A DNA stretch of 64,000 nt, taken from positions 62,001 to 126,000 of the forward strand of contig CAXBME010000002.1 in assembly GCA_963976765.1 (NCBI GenBank). Reading direction: 5' to 3'. A program made the translations under genes and the position numbers. Within the stretch, counting starts at the first letter, position 1. Every line of letters begins with the position of its first letter. The stretch is from an uncultured Planctomycetaceae bacterium (lineage in GTDB: Bacteria; Planctomycetota; Planctomycetia; Planctomycetales; Planctomycetaceae). Positions 35,861 to 46,296 of the stretch are shown here, in pieces. Under the pieces are notes generated by a model that had not been told where the DNA came from, did no database searches, and saw nothing but the letters and a program-made list of their open reading frames with translations.

Positions 35861-37225
35861 ATGCGACGGACTGCCAGAAAAACAGGACTGCTCATCACAT
35901 CCGCCGCGGCCGGGCTGGCGACATTGTCTCATTGCAGCGCAGGACTGCTGGGAGATCTCTTCGACAAGCACTCCGACAAAGATCGAGTCGGTATCGAAAA
36001 ACGGATGCCGGCCTGCGACTGCTCGTTCGGATACTTCTCGACTGCCTGGCAACCGTGGGGAACCTGCGACCAGACATCCGAGGCCGGCTGTTCCAGCGGA
36101 GCGTGCCGGAATTCAGCACCGACATTCCTGCGAAGCGTTCAGCCCGGATACAGCACCGGTCCGTCAATGAATGCGATACCGCCCTACGGCGACAGCTGGC
36201 CCCCACATAACAACGTGCTTCCGCCGGCTTCGCCGGACATGTTTAACGGTGTCCCGAATCCGACGGGCAGCTCGCCGGCACCGATCCTCATGACGCCTCT
36301 TCAACCAGAGCCGGCAACAGAGTTTCCGCCTTCATCTTCCTCGTCAGCAGCGTCGCCACGCGACTCTTTCGAGCCACCTTCGGCAAATCCGTTTCCACGA
36401 GCCATCACAACGAACCCGGAACTGCCTACTCTGAATACGAATCCTTATTCGCCCCCAGGCCTGAATCAAACGCCAGGCGGTACGTCAGGAATCTCACCAC
36501 AGCCGCAATCGCTACCTCAACCGCAACTGAGTCCTGGTGTCAGTGTGCCGCTTGATCCGGCACAGCCTTCGTTCAGCTTTCCACAGGCTGCCCCGCAGCA
36601 GTCTCTTCCTCAACCGTTACAGAATTACGGCTCGTCGGGAACAGGGGTCACCTTACCGCCGCGCCGAGCCACCAGCGTCACGATTGATATCCCGCCTGGA
36701 TCAGCGGGAACATCACTCAGCTTGCCGGATCCGGTTCGGTCAGGCAGTAACTTTGGAGGAACGTCCCTTCCATCGCCTGACAACGCGGCGCCGTCAGCAA
36801 CGCCCGGTAATACAGGACGTCCACTGACTCCAGAGCCGTCACTGAGACCTCAGCCACCTGCTCCGAGGCCGTCGGTCGTGCCCGGCTCAGACACCACTTA
36901 CCGGATGCTGCCCTTGCAGGCTGCCCCGCAGTTTTCTGCCATTCAGCAGGCGAACAATCGACCGATGCCGCATGCAAATTCTCAACCGATGATGCGACAG
37001 GGTTCGACCGTCCCGCCTCAGCAATTCCCGACACAGCAGTTTCAGCCAGCAACGCACTGGCAGGCGGTCCCGCAGATGCAGCCTCAACAACAGACCGGGT
37101 GGCGAGTGATTCCCGGTGCTTACCCACCAGCTGTCAATCGGCAGAACGCGGTTCAGCCGCCTCAACATCGCAGCCCGACACCATCGGAACGTGTGATCTA
37201 CCTGCCACCACCGCCTCGTCGGTAA
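35861..37225 (+). CDS. Secreted Pro/Ser/Gln-rich, largely disordered protein
   Basis: Signal peptide, short Cys-containing motif (PACDCSFGYFSTAWQPWGTC), then about 350 aa of low complexity. Confidence 0.75.
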   Translation: MRRTARKTGLLITSAAAGLATLSHCSAGLLGDLFDKHSDKDRVGIEKRMPACDCSFGYFSTAWQPWGTCDQTSEAGCSSGACRNSAPTFLRSVQPGYSTGPSMNAIPPYGDSWPPHNNVLPPASPDMFNGVPNPTGSSPAPILMTPLQPEPATEFPPSSSSSAASPRDSFEPPSANPFPRAITTNPELPTLNTNPYSPPGLNQTPGGTSGISPQPQSLPQPQLSPGVSVPLDPAQPSFSFPQAAPQQSLPQPLQNYGSSGTGVTLPPRRATSVTIDIPPGSAGTSLSLPDPVRSGSNFGGTSLPSPDNAAPSATPGNTGRPLTPEPSLRPQPPAPRPSVVPGSDTTYRMLPLQAAPQFSAIQQANNRPMPHANSQPMMRQGSTVPPQQFPTQQFQPATHWQAVPQMQPQQQTGWRVIPGAYPPAVNRQNAVQPPQHRSPTPSERVIYLPPPPRR

Positions 37226-37254
37226 TTTTCTGCGATGAAATCATCGCGGCAAAA

Positions 37255-39081
37255 TTACTGTTGAGAACTGACCGGACCGCGGAAGCGAGAGATTTCAAAC
37301 TGCATTGCTTCTTTCAGGTCGATTCGTTGACGAACCTCGGAGCCAGCGATCAGTTTCACGTCGTCGACGACGAATCGATCGCCCTCCCGAATCATCCTGA
37401 CCGTCGCCCCGTACTGATCGTCTCCCAGGCCCATGATGGCAAGATCGTCGTTCATTTCGAGCGACATCAGCGGGACCGCGAAGTGTTCGTGCGGCGTCAG
37501 GCCGACCGACGGAATCTGTTTTGTCCGGTGCCAGACTTTTCGGTTCAGGTCACGTGACGAAAGCTGTTGCAGATGATCGATGCTTCGAGTCGACAAAGCA
37601 TTGGCGAACTGGACGACGGGAACCATCGCTTCCAGAGTTTTGCACAGAGAATTCGGACGCCCGGAAACGGGCAACAGAACATCCTGAACCAGCAGTTCGC
37701 CTTCGCGGTCCTGCAGCACGTAGACCAGGGCTCGCGACCCCTGTCGCACCGTGACTTCGGTGACCGCTCCCATGAAGACAGTGGTCAGAATTTTCGGAGA
37801 GGCGTTTTCGATTTCCGGCATCGGCAACTGCATCAGCAGCGGCTCGTCGACACGACTCCAGACCCGCTGTCTGAATTCAGGCGTCGACAACATGCGGACG
37901 GTCTGAAGCTCACGCAGTGACAAGGCCTCGGCATAGAGTTCGACCATCGCGTGAGAGAGGAACAACGCTGACAATCGCTTTTCCTGATTGCCGTCGATTT
38001 CGTAAATCGTCACATCGTCGACAAGATACTTCGCCGCCGTCTTTGAATCTTCGCCTTCGACCTTGGACAGACTCAGCTTCACCAGGTCAGTTTCTGTGGC
38101 GACCATAAAATCAGCAAAGCCGCTTTGCAGTTTTACCTGATAAGTCGACGCCGCCTGCGATGCTGTAGGAAGCTGAACCGTGCTCAGAATGGCTGGCTCC
38201 AGACTGTTCTCGAAGAATGTTTTCATCGTGACAGTCTTCAGCGTCTTTTTGTCGCCGGTTGAGTACGAGTCGAGAAACACCGACGCCGATCGGAGTACGG
38301 TCGCCATCTGCTTTGCCGACGAGATGTGTTCCTTGTCCTTGCGTGACTCAACGGCCAAGTCGCTGATCAGCCACTGGTCCCGGATCTTTGTGAACGAGAT
38401 AATCATCTGACCCGACTTGCCAGGCAGACGGACCAGCGCGACATCTTCGTCCATCTGCGCTTCCGGACGAACTTTCGAATCAGCCCGGTCGCCGATCACC
38501 TGCTTTGCCAGACGCATGAGGTATTCGTCAGGCAGTGCCCCGAGCAACGCTCCGAATTCCGGATCGGCCATTTGCAGAATGCTGCTTCTCGAGCCAGCGT
38601 CCCAGGCGTCGATGAATTCTCGAACGGTCGTGATCAGGTCCATCAGTTCGGTGACAGCCCGAGTCGACTCGACACCGTTCTGCTGCTTCCTGATATAGAC
38701 GTCGTCGACGACCCACTTGCCGGTTTTCTCGTCGCGGACCAGGAGGTACCTCAGTCGTCTCGATTTTGAGTTGCCAATCTGCACGGTGACTCGTTTTTCC
38801 GTGTCGCTGATGTGATCGATATCGACGATCTCGACGTCGCCTTTTGGAATTCGCAGGACGGAAAAATCTTTGACCGAGTCTTCGTGCCGCAACGACTTCT
38901 CTTCGAAACGGCTGGACGTCACGTCGCGCAGCGAGTCGACATCTTCCTCCTGCAATGCTTCGCTGAACGCTGCGATGGTCCGACTTTCCACCAGGTTGGC
39001 ACAGCCGGAAAACGCGAACGGAAGCGCGAGGCAGGCGACGACGGCCAGTCGATGTGCGAAATCATTGATTCTGAGGTTCAT
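37255..39081 (-). CDS. Lipoprotein with about five tandem NTF2-like repeats
   Basis: Lipobox FSGC; roughly 115-120-aa units ending WVVDDVY, WLISDLA, YLVDDVT, LLVQDVL, FVVDDVK. Confidence 0.8.
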   Translation of the reverse strand: MNLRINDFAHRLAVVACLALPFAFSGCANLVESRTIAAFSEALQEEDVDSLRDVTSSRFEEKSLRHEDSVKDFSVLRIPKGDVEIVDIDHISDTEKRVTVQIGNSKSRRLRYLLVRDEKTGKWVVDDVYIRKQQNGVESTRAVTELMDLITTVREFIDAWDAGSRSSILQMADPEFGALLGALPDEYLMRLAKQVIGDRADSKVRPEAQMDEDVALVRLPGKSGQMIISFTKIRDQWLISDLAVESRKDKEHISSAKQMATVLRSASVFLDSYSTGDKKTLKTVTMKTFFENSLEPAILSTVQLPTASQAASTYQVKLQSGFADFMVATETDLVKLSLSKVEGEDSKTAAKYLVDDVTIYEIDGNQEKRLSALFLSHAMVELYAEALSLRELQTVRMLSTPEFRQRVWSRVDEPLLMQLPMPEIENASPKILTTVFMGAVTEVTVRQGSRALVYVLQDREGELLVQDVLLPVSGRPNSLCKTLEAMVPVVQFANALSTRSIDHLQQLSSRDLNRKVWHRTKQIPSVGLTPHEHFAVPLMSLEMNDDLAIMGLGDDQYGATVRMIREGDRFVVDDVKLIAGSEVRQRIDLKEAMQFEISRFRGPVSSQQ

Positions 39082-39656
39082 CGGAACGCTCGATTTTCAA
39101 GGTATTGCAAAGGAATTTGCTGAAAGAAGCACCGAACACCTCTTGTTCACAATTGTGACCAGGAAGAAATTCACAGCGAAAACGCAACAGCATTGCTGGA
39201 ACGTTTTCATCAGTTCGGTGATTGTCTGGGGAAGGTGATTCGATTGACCGAAACCGGCCTGAAGACGTGCTGTTGCCTGGAAAAGGTGGCAAACTCTGGA
39301 TGGGACACGGCTTGTCGCAGATCAGCGAAAACGGGTCAAGACAGAGATCCTGCCCAAACTGCTCGGCGACAACTGAGTAAAGACCGTGCTCCCATCCCGT
39401 ATTTTGCGTCTGAGCAGAACGACCATCAGAGTTGCCGGCCAGTGATCGCCCCGGCGGACCGACGGCGTCTTGCACAAACAAATGGACGCTGATATGTTGA
39501 GTTGTTGAATTTGCCGAGGCTGGATTGAAGCTGGTTTCAAATTTCGGTCGGAACCACCTGAAACCGAGTCGGCGAATCTCGACGCACACCTGTTTTTCCC
39601 TCCTGAACACTCCCGCCGCTTGACGCTCTGGCCTGCCTCGTCGACTTTTCCTGTGC

Positions 39657-42188
39657 ATGCCAAAGCAAAGCAATGGAGCCACGCTCATGACGCGTTCGGA
39701 AACTCTTCTGACAGGCCTTCTGGCATTCTTCATCGCAGCTCCAACCGTGACCGCGGAACAGGTCAAGCCGAAAGGGCTTGGCGATCCCGGCGTTCTGAAC
39801 TCACTGCGGATTGAACCGGAAGCTGCCGAAGGGCAAGCCGGACTGATCATTCGCGGGCGGGATGCGCGGCAGCAATTGGTCGTCACCGGCGAGTACTCGT
39901 CTGGCCAGCTTCGCGACCATACCCATTCGGCAACGTACACTGTCGAGCCGGCTGGCATCGTTGAAGTTGCCAGCGACGGTATGGTTTCACCGCTGAAAGA
40001 CGGAGTCGCTTCGGTCAAAGTCATCGACGGTGGCAAAGAGACAACTGTCGCCGTTCACGTCGAAGGTGTCGCTAACCAGATCAAGATCAACTTTAAAAAC
40101 CAGATCGTCCCGATCTTCACGAAGCTGGGTTGCAACTCCGGCGGTTGTCATGGGAAGGCGAGCGGCCAGAATGGTTTCAAGCTTTCTCTGCTGGGCTTCT
40201 ACCCGGACGAAGATTACGAATACCTCGTCAAGGAAGCTCGTGGCCGACGGCTGTTTCCAACCTCACCAGCTGAAAGCCTCCTCCTTCTTAAAGCAACCGG
40301 CAAATCGCCACACGGCGGCGGCAAGCGGATGGAAGAGGGCAGCTACGAATATCGCATGCTGTATCGCTGGATCGAACAAGGCATGCCGTATGGCAACCCG
40401 GACGACCCGTACGTCGTCGGTATTGAGTGCGTTCCTGCTCAAAGACTGCTGGACCGCGGAGCCGACCAGCAGATCACCGTCGTCGCCAGATACAGCGACG
40501 GGTCTACCGAAGACGTCACGCGGATGGCTCTGTACGAAGCCAACGATACTGAAATGGCCGAAGCCACCGAGACCGCCCTGGTTAAAACGCTCGACCTCGC
40601 CGGTGAGGTCGCCATCATGGCTCGGTATCAGGGACAGGTTTCAACTTTCCGAGCAACCGTTCCACTGGGGGCTGACACCTCTGCGATTCCGGCTCCGGCC
40701 AACTTTGTCGATGAAGCGGTCTTCTCGAAACTCAAGCTGCTCGGGATTCCGCCGTCAGAACTGTGTGACGATGCGACATTCCTTCGACGAGTCCATATCG
40801 ACGTTACCGGAACAACTCCGACGCAGGATGAAGTAGTGGCCTTTCTGGCTGATCCATCCACTGACAAACGCGAAAAGCTCGTCGATCGCCTACTCGAAAC
40901 AGAAGCCTACGCTGACTACTTCGCCAACAAGTGGAATCTGGTCCTGCGAAACAAGAAGCGACGGAACGAAGATCTTGCAGCGACCTACTCGTTCTACCGC
41001 TGGATCTGGGACAGCCTCTACGAAAACAAGCCGTACGACGAATTCGTTCGCGACGTCGTCACCGCTTCCGGCGAAGCATCGATTAACCCGGCAGTCGTCT
41101 GGTACCGCGAGGTTAACGAGGTCAACGAACAGGTCGAAGACACGGCACAGCTTTTCCTGGGACTCCGGATCCAGTGCGCGAGGTGCCATCATCATCCATT
41201 CGAGAAATGGAGCCAGAACGATTACTACGGATTCTCAGCGTTTTTCACGACCGTCAGTAAGAAGAACGTTTTTGGTGCTATCAACACTCAATCGGACAAG
41301 CGAATCTTCCACAACGAGAAAGTGGCTCAGGCACAGAATCCACGATCAAAACAGAATCTGAAGCCTGCTGGCCTCGGCAGCGATGCTCTTGAGATTCCGC
41401 CAGAACGAGACCCACGACACTATCTTGCCGACTGGATGGCTCGCGAAGACAACCCGTTCTTTGCAAAAGCACTGGTGAATCGTTACTGGAAGCACTTCTT
41501 CGATCGAGGCATCGTCGAACCAGAAGACGACATGCGGGAAACCAATCCGCCGTCGAATCCTGAATTGATCGACGCGTTGTCGCAGAATTTCGTTAAGAAT
41601 GGTTTCGATCTGAAATGGCTCGTCCGAACGATCTGCAACTCAAAGACGTACCAGCTCAGCGCCTTGCCGAATGATTATAACCTGAAGGATAAGCAGAACT
41701 TCTCGCGCTACTATCCAAAGCGGCTCACGGCAGAAGTACTCTATGATGCGTTCCATCAGGTAACAGATTCGACGCAGGGTTACTCAGGCCTGCCGGCTGG
41801 CACGCGAGCCATTCAGCTTCCGGACGCGTCGATCGGTCCGTACTTCCTGAAGGTCTTCGGCCAGCCGCAGGGCGACACCGCTTGTGAATGTGAGCGTTCG
41901 CAGGAAGCCAACCTGGCTCAAAGTCTCCATCTGCTGAACAGTTCTGAAGTGCAGACCAAGATTGCCAGCGGTTCAGGTCGAGCCGCAAAACTCGCTGGAG
42001 ACAAAGCGAGAGCGGACGATGACAAGATTCGAGAACTCTATCGCTGGGCATACTCCCGAGAACCGAAAGACGACGAACTGCAGATTGCGACGGCGCATAT
42101 TAAGAAGCACGAAACGAATCCGAAAATTGCCTACGAAGATATCGTATGGGCTCTGATTAATACGAAAGAGTTTCTGTTTAACCATTAA
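39657..42188 (+). CDS. DUF1549/DUF1553 protein with Ig-like (Big_2) domains and heme-c-like motifs
   Basis: GCNSGGCHG, FLRRVHID, FLGLRIQCARCHHHP, NPFFAKALVNRYW, PPSNPELIDAL, CECER, EDIVWALINTKEFLFNH. Confidence 0.93.
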   Translation: MPKQSNGATLMTRSETLLTGLLAFFIAAPTVTAEQVKPKGLGDPGVLNSLRIEPEAAEGQAGLIIRGRDARQQLVVTGEYSSGQLRDHTHSATYTVEPAGIVEVASDGMVSPLKDGVASVKVIDGGKETTVAVHVEGVANQIKINFKNQIVPIFTKLGCNSGGCHGKASGQNGFKLSLLGFYPDEDYEYLVKEARGRRLFPTSPAESLLLLKATGKSPHGGGKRMEEGSYEYRMLYRWIEQGMPYGNPDDPYVVGIECVPAQRLLDRGADQQITVVARYSDGSTEDVTRMALYEANDTEMAEATETALVKTLDLAGEVAIMARYQGQVSTFRATVPLGADTSAIPAPANFVDEAVFSKLKLLGIPPSELCDDATFLRRVHIDVTGTTPTQDEVVAFLADPSTDKREKLVDRLLETEAYADYFANKWNLVLRNKKRRNEDLAATYSFYRWIWDSLYENKPYDEFVRDVVTASGEASINPAVVWYREVNEVNEQVEDTAQLFLGLRIQCARCHHHPFEKWSQNDYYGFSAFFTTVSKKNVFGAINTQSDKRIFHNEKVAQAQNPRSKQNLKPAGLGSDALEIPPERDPRHYLADWMAREDNPFFAKALVNRYWKHFFDRGIVEPEDDMRETNPPSNPELIDALSQNFVKNGFDLKWLVRTICNSKTYQLSALPNDYNLKDKQNFSRYYPKRLTAEVLYDAFHQVTDSTQGYSGLPAGTRAIQLPDASIGPYFLKVFGQPQGDTACECERSQEANLAQSLHLLNSSEVQTKIASGSGRAAKLAGDKARADDDKIRELYRWAYSREPKDDELQIATAHIKKHETNPKIAYEDIVWALINTKEFLFNH

Positions 42189-42193
42189 GAGAC

Positions 42194-42232
42194 AAAACGG
42201 GCGGCATTCACTTGAGTGTCGCCCGTTGTTTT
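42194..42232 (+). terminator. Intrinsic terminator-like hairpin
   Basis: AACGGGCGGCATTCA-CT-TGAGTGTCGCCCGTT followed by GTTTT. Confidence 0.6.
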
Positions 42233-42435
42233 CCCACCTCTGATTTCCCCGCTGAGTCACTCCACGTTTGCCGCTTCAGGTCCGTCCGTTTTCGGCACGA
42301 CTGAAGCGGTTCTCCCACTTGTTTTGAGATATTCGGTTAGTCGTTTCGTCGATCACACGGGCTGCCCTTCGGCATTCAGACCGAAGACTCCGTTTTGCTG
42401 ACGAGCTGACTGCCTGACTTAAAGAGGGCTGTTCG

Positions 42436-45400
42436 ATGCCAGTTCGCGTCATCACGCCACGTCGATTGATCCCTGCTTTCTTCGTTGCAGTCGTCACTTC
42501 TCTGATTGCTTCCATCGGCCATGCGCAGCTTCCACAAACGAGGCTAACGGCAGTATTCCCGCTGGGTGCACAGGCCGGACAGAGCATTGAAGTGACAGCT
42601 TCCAGTGGCACGGACCTCGACGAACTCGACAGGATGAGTTTCAGCCACCCCGGCATCACGGCGCAGCTGAAGTCAGGCAGCACATTTGCCGTGTCCGTTG
42701 CCGCTGATGTTCCGGTTGGAGTTTACGAGGTAACGGTTCACGGTCTTTATGGAACAAGCAATCCTCGATCTTTCGTCGTGGGCTCCCTTCCGGAAGTCCA
42801 GGAAAACGACGCCAACGACAGTCAGGAGAAAGCTCAGGCCATTGAGATTGGCAGCGTTGTCAACGGTCGATCGAATCGCGGAGCGGACGTTGACTTTTTC
42901 AAAGTCAACGGCAGGAAAGGTCAACGTCTCCTCATTGAGTGCCAGGCATTGCGGATCGATTCACAGTTTCAGGCCGAGCTGCGACTTTACTCGCAAACAG
43001 GTCGACGTATCGGTCGCAGTGTCGCTCAGTTCCGGACGCACGATCCGATTCTTGACGTGACGTTTCCCGAAGACGGCGACTACTTTATTCGAGCAAGCGA
43101 CTTCGTTTATGGCGGCAGCAACGATTACGGTTATCGGTTGAAGGTTCACACCGGACCGCACGTTGATTTTGTCATTCCCCCCGCTGGCGTCCCTGGCAGC
43201 AAGGCTCGGTACACACTTATCGGTCGCAACCTGCCCGGCTCTCAACCCGCCGGAATTGGTGCAGACGGTCGACAGCTTGAAAAACTGGACGTGGAAATCG
43301 CGCTGCCCAATAAACCGACCGAACTGGATCCCGGACAAACGGCGTTTTCATTCGAGTCAACTCTCGACGGTGCGAGCTACGTTTTCCAAGGTGCAAATGG
43401 TGATGCCAATCCAGTCACCATCGCCTTCGCCCCTCAAGCGTTGAGCACAGAAAACGAACCCAACAACGAAGCGGTCGAGTCTCAGAAAATCACGGTGCCA
43501 GCCGAAATCGCAGGGCAACTTCAGCAGCGTGGCGACGTGGATCGTTTTGAATTTGAGGCGAAGGCCGGGCAGGTATTCTGGATCGACGTCTTCGGACAAC
43601 AACTTGGTCGACTGACCGATCCCGTGCTCACCGTCGAACAGGTCACGAAGAAAGAGGACGGTACCGAGACAGTCAAACGGCTCACAGCCCTGGACGATAC
43701 AACAACCAACGCGGCAGCTAACCTGTTCGATACTGCCAGCAACGACGCCGTTTTCCGACTCGCGATCCCAACGGACGGAATTTACCGAGTGACCATTCGG
43801 GACCGGTATTGGGAATCGCGAGGTACTCCCGATCTGCAATACCATCTCGCTATTCGGCCTGAAGAATACGATTTTCGACTCGTAGTTATCCCGTCAGCTC
43901 CGGTGCAGAACCCGGCGGCTGTGATTCAAACGTGGGCCACAGGCTTGCGACGCGGAGAGAATCTGCATGTCAGCGTCGCCGCGATTCGTCAGCATGGCTT
44001 CAAAGGCGTGATCGACGTGTCTGCCGAGGGACTTCCAGCCGGGGTCACCTGCAAGAGTGTCAGCATCGATGGCAGCGACACATCAACCAACCTGGTGTTC
44101 TCAGTCAGCGAAGACGCCACTCCCGGTGAGTACGATGTTCGAATTGTCGGAACCGCTCGCGCGGAATCGGATGCCGCTGTGAACGCCGTTGCCGCTGCTG
44201 AAGCCGAACTCACGAAAGCTCAGGCCGCGTTGCCAGCACTCGATGCCACCTTCCAGAAAGTGGTTGATCCTAAGAACAAAGCGGAAGCCGGTCGAAAAGC
44301 AGCAGAGTCAGCAGCGGCAACAGACGCTTCAGCTCTGGCCGCTGTAACGACAGCCAAATCTGCGGCAGATAAGAAGGTCGTCGACGCTACCGCTGCTGCA
44401 AAGGCAACTGCCGTAGACAAACTCGCCGCAGACAAAGCAGTACAGGATGCGGCAGCTGCTGTCGTCAAATCTGAAGCTGATCTGAAGGCTGCTCAGCAGG
44501 AACTCGACAGCGACAAAGAAAACCAGGATCTGAAAGACAAAGTTGCCGCCGCAACTGCTGCGAAAGTGGAGAAAGACCAGGCACTGGCAACGGCGAAAGC
44601 GACAGCCGAGACAGCCTCAACGAAGGCCGCCGAGTCTGACGCCGCATTGAAACAGGCCATTGTGGATGCGCAGAAAGCTCAGGCTGAGTATGCCAAAGCA
44701 GACCAGAAAGCAAAGCAGTCCAAGGCCGCGCTGGACGCGGCAGTGAAAGCTCACGATGCAGCCGTTGCAGCCTTCAAGCAGGCAGAATCTGCCTTGAACG
44801 CTGGCAAGGCGGCGATTGCGACGGCTCAGGCCGGCGTTGCGACCAGGAAGAAAGAGCGAGAAGCCGCTGTTCGAACAATTTCTCACGAAGCCCGGGCGGC
44901 GACTGTCGTTTGGAATGGTACGAATCAGCAACCGGCCGTTTCCCGAGTGTCTGAATCGATGACGCTCTCCATCATGGAAGAACTGGCTCCTTACCAGGCA
45001 ACGTCCGATGTCGAGCGGGAAGTTCTTGGCCATAATCGCCAACTGTTGATTCCCGTGAAACTTGCCAAACGAAATGGTTTCGATAATCAGGTCCAGCTGA
45101 CGTTTCAGAATGTTCCGAAGAATCTTCAGGTTCAGAACCTCGCGATTGCGAAAGGCAAAGACGAAGCACTGCTTCGAGTGTTTGTGCCGACGACCGTCGC
45201 CGAAGGAACTTACACGATGTTCCTGCAGGCTCAGGGGCAGGTTTCCTATCAGAAAAATCTGAAGCGGCTCGAACGTGCAACCGCCGCTCAGAAAATGACC
45301 GACGAAGCGCTGAAGGCGTCGACGGAGGCAGCCTCAACCGCAAAGACTGCTGCAGATGCTGCGGCGAAAGCATTGACTGATGGTACGAACGCACAGAACA

Positions 45401-46272
45401 CAGCGCAGCAAAAAGTTGATGCTGCCAGCAAAGCGCTGACAGCATCACAGGCCGCAGAAAAGACAGTAAGTACGGCAAAGGAAGCCGCAGACAAAGCGGT
45501 TGCCGACGCCCAGGCAAAACTTGCTCAGGCGACAGCGACAGTCGATGCAGCGAAGGCGGCGAGCGAGAAAGACACCGAAAATCAGGATCTGGTCAAGCAA
45601 CTGGAAGCGGCTCAGAAGTCGCAGGCTGACTTGCAGAAGTTATTTGACGCAGCTCAGAAGGCTGCGGTCGAGGCTGAGGCGAAAGTCGTCGAGGCTCAAA
45701 AAGTCACAACTGCAGCCAGTGAAGCTTCGGCTGCTGCAACGAAGGCATTGACCGATGCGCAGGCGATCGTGGCTGCGGCCACCGAAGCAAAGAAAGTGGC
45801 CGACGCTGCCAAAGTCGCCGCAGACGCGAAGGTAAAAGCGGATACCGCTGCGAAGACTGCGGCGGACAACGAACTCAAGGCCGCGACAGCCTATTCGAAA
45901 GCGGCAAACATCAACGTCTACGCACCGTCGACTCCCATCGTGATTCAGGTTCGCAAGGGAATTTTCTCGCTGACAGTCAGCGGCGGCGGCGATCTGAAAC
46001 TCGGTCAGCAAACTGACGTTAAGGTCACACTGAAACGCGAGAAAGAATTTTCAGGGCCTGTGACTGTCAGTCTAGCCGTGCCTCACGGAACGAAGGGACT
46101 GTCCGCTCAGCCAGTGACGATTGCCGCCGACCAGACCGAAGCCATTCTGAAAGTCTCTGCAGCAGCCGACGCTACTGAAGGTGACATCGCCAATCTTGTC
46201 GTTCGAGGCTCTGCCGAGTGGGACGGTCCGATCTCGGCAGACCAGACTGTGAAACTTAAAGTCGTTAAATAG
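42436..46272 (+). CDS. Pre-peptidase C-terminal (PPC) domain protein with two long Ala/Lys coiled-coil insertions
   Basis: Signal peptide; VFPLGAQAG, SNPRSFVVG..PEVQE, DVDFFKV, ENEPNN, GDVDRFEFEA; Ala/Lys tracts at about 44160-44880 and 45260-45900. Confidence 0.88.
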   Translation: MPVRVITPRRLIPAFFVAVVTSLIASIGHAQLPQTRLTAVFPLGAQAGQSIEVTASSGTDLDELDRMSFSHPGITAQLKSGSTFAVSVAADVPVGVYEVTVHGLYGTSNPRSFVVGSLPEVQENDANDSQEKAQAIEIGSVVNGRSNRGADVDFFKVNGRKGQRLLIECQALRIDSQFQAELRLYSQTGRRIGRSVAQFRTHDPILDVTFPEDGDYFIRASDFVYGGSNDYGYRLKVHTGPHVDFVIPPAGVPGSKARYTLIGRNLPGSQPAGIGADGRQLEKLDVEIALPNKPTELDPGQTAFSFESTLDGASYVFQGANGDANPVTIAFAPQALSTENEPNNEAVESQKITVPAEIAGQLQQRGDVDRFEFEAKAGQVFWIDVFGQQLGRLTDPVLTVEQVTKKEDGTETVKRLTALDDTTTNAAANLFDTASNDAVFRLAIPTDGIYRVTIRDRYWESRGTPDLQYHLAIRPEEYDFRLVVIPSAPVQNPAAVIQTWATGLRRGENLHVSVAAIRQHGFKGVIDVSAEGLPAGVTCKSVSIDGSDTSTNLVFSVSEDATPGEYDVRIVGTARAESDAAVNAVAAAEAELTKAQAALPALDATFQKVVDPKNKAEAGRKAAESAAATDASALAAVTTAKSAADKKVVDATAAAKATAVDKLAADKAVQDAAAAVVKSEADLKAAQQELDSDKENQDLKDKVAAATAAKVEKDQALATAKATAETASTKAAESDAALKQAIVDAQKAQAEYAKADQKAKQSKAALDAAVKAHDAAVAAFKQAESALNAGKAAIATAQAGVATRKKEREAAVRTISHEARAATVVWNGTNQQPAVSRVSESMTLSIMEELAPYQATSDVEREVLGHNRQLLIPVKLAKRNGFDNQVQLTFQNVPKNLQVQNLAIAKGKDEALLRVFVPTTVAEGTYTMFLQAQGQVSYQKNLKRLERATAAQKMTDEALKASTEAASTAKTAADAAAKALTDGTNAQNTAQQKVDAASKALTASQAAEKTVSTAKEAADKAVADAQAKLAQATATVDAAKAASEKDTENQDLVKQLEAAQKSQADLQKLFDAAQKAAVEAEAKVVEAQKVTTAASEASAAATKALTDAQAIVAAATEAKKVADAAKVAADAKVKADTAAKTAADNELKAATAYSKAANINVYAPSTPIVIQVRKGIFSLTVSGGGDLKLGQQTDVKVTLKREKEFSGPVTVSLAVPHGTKGLSAQPVTIAADQTEAILKVSAAADATEGDIANLVVRGSAEWDGPISADQTVKLKVVK

Positions 46273-46296
46273 AAACTACCGTTTGGCACCTGCCAA

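Noticed and set aside
39062..40036. 324-aa minus-strand ORF, and similar long antisense ORFs (5930-6898, 8082-9044, 24163-25170, 26222-27037, 27226-28230, 31015-31860)
   Set aside because: They lie antisense to well-supported genes in GC-rich DNA and have no recognisable motifs.
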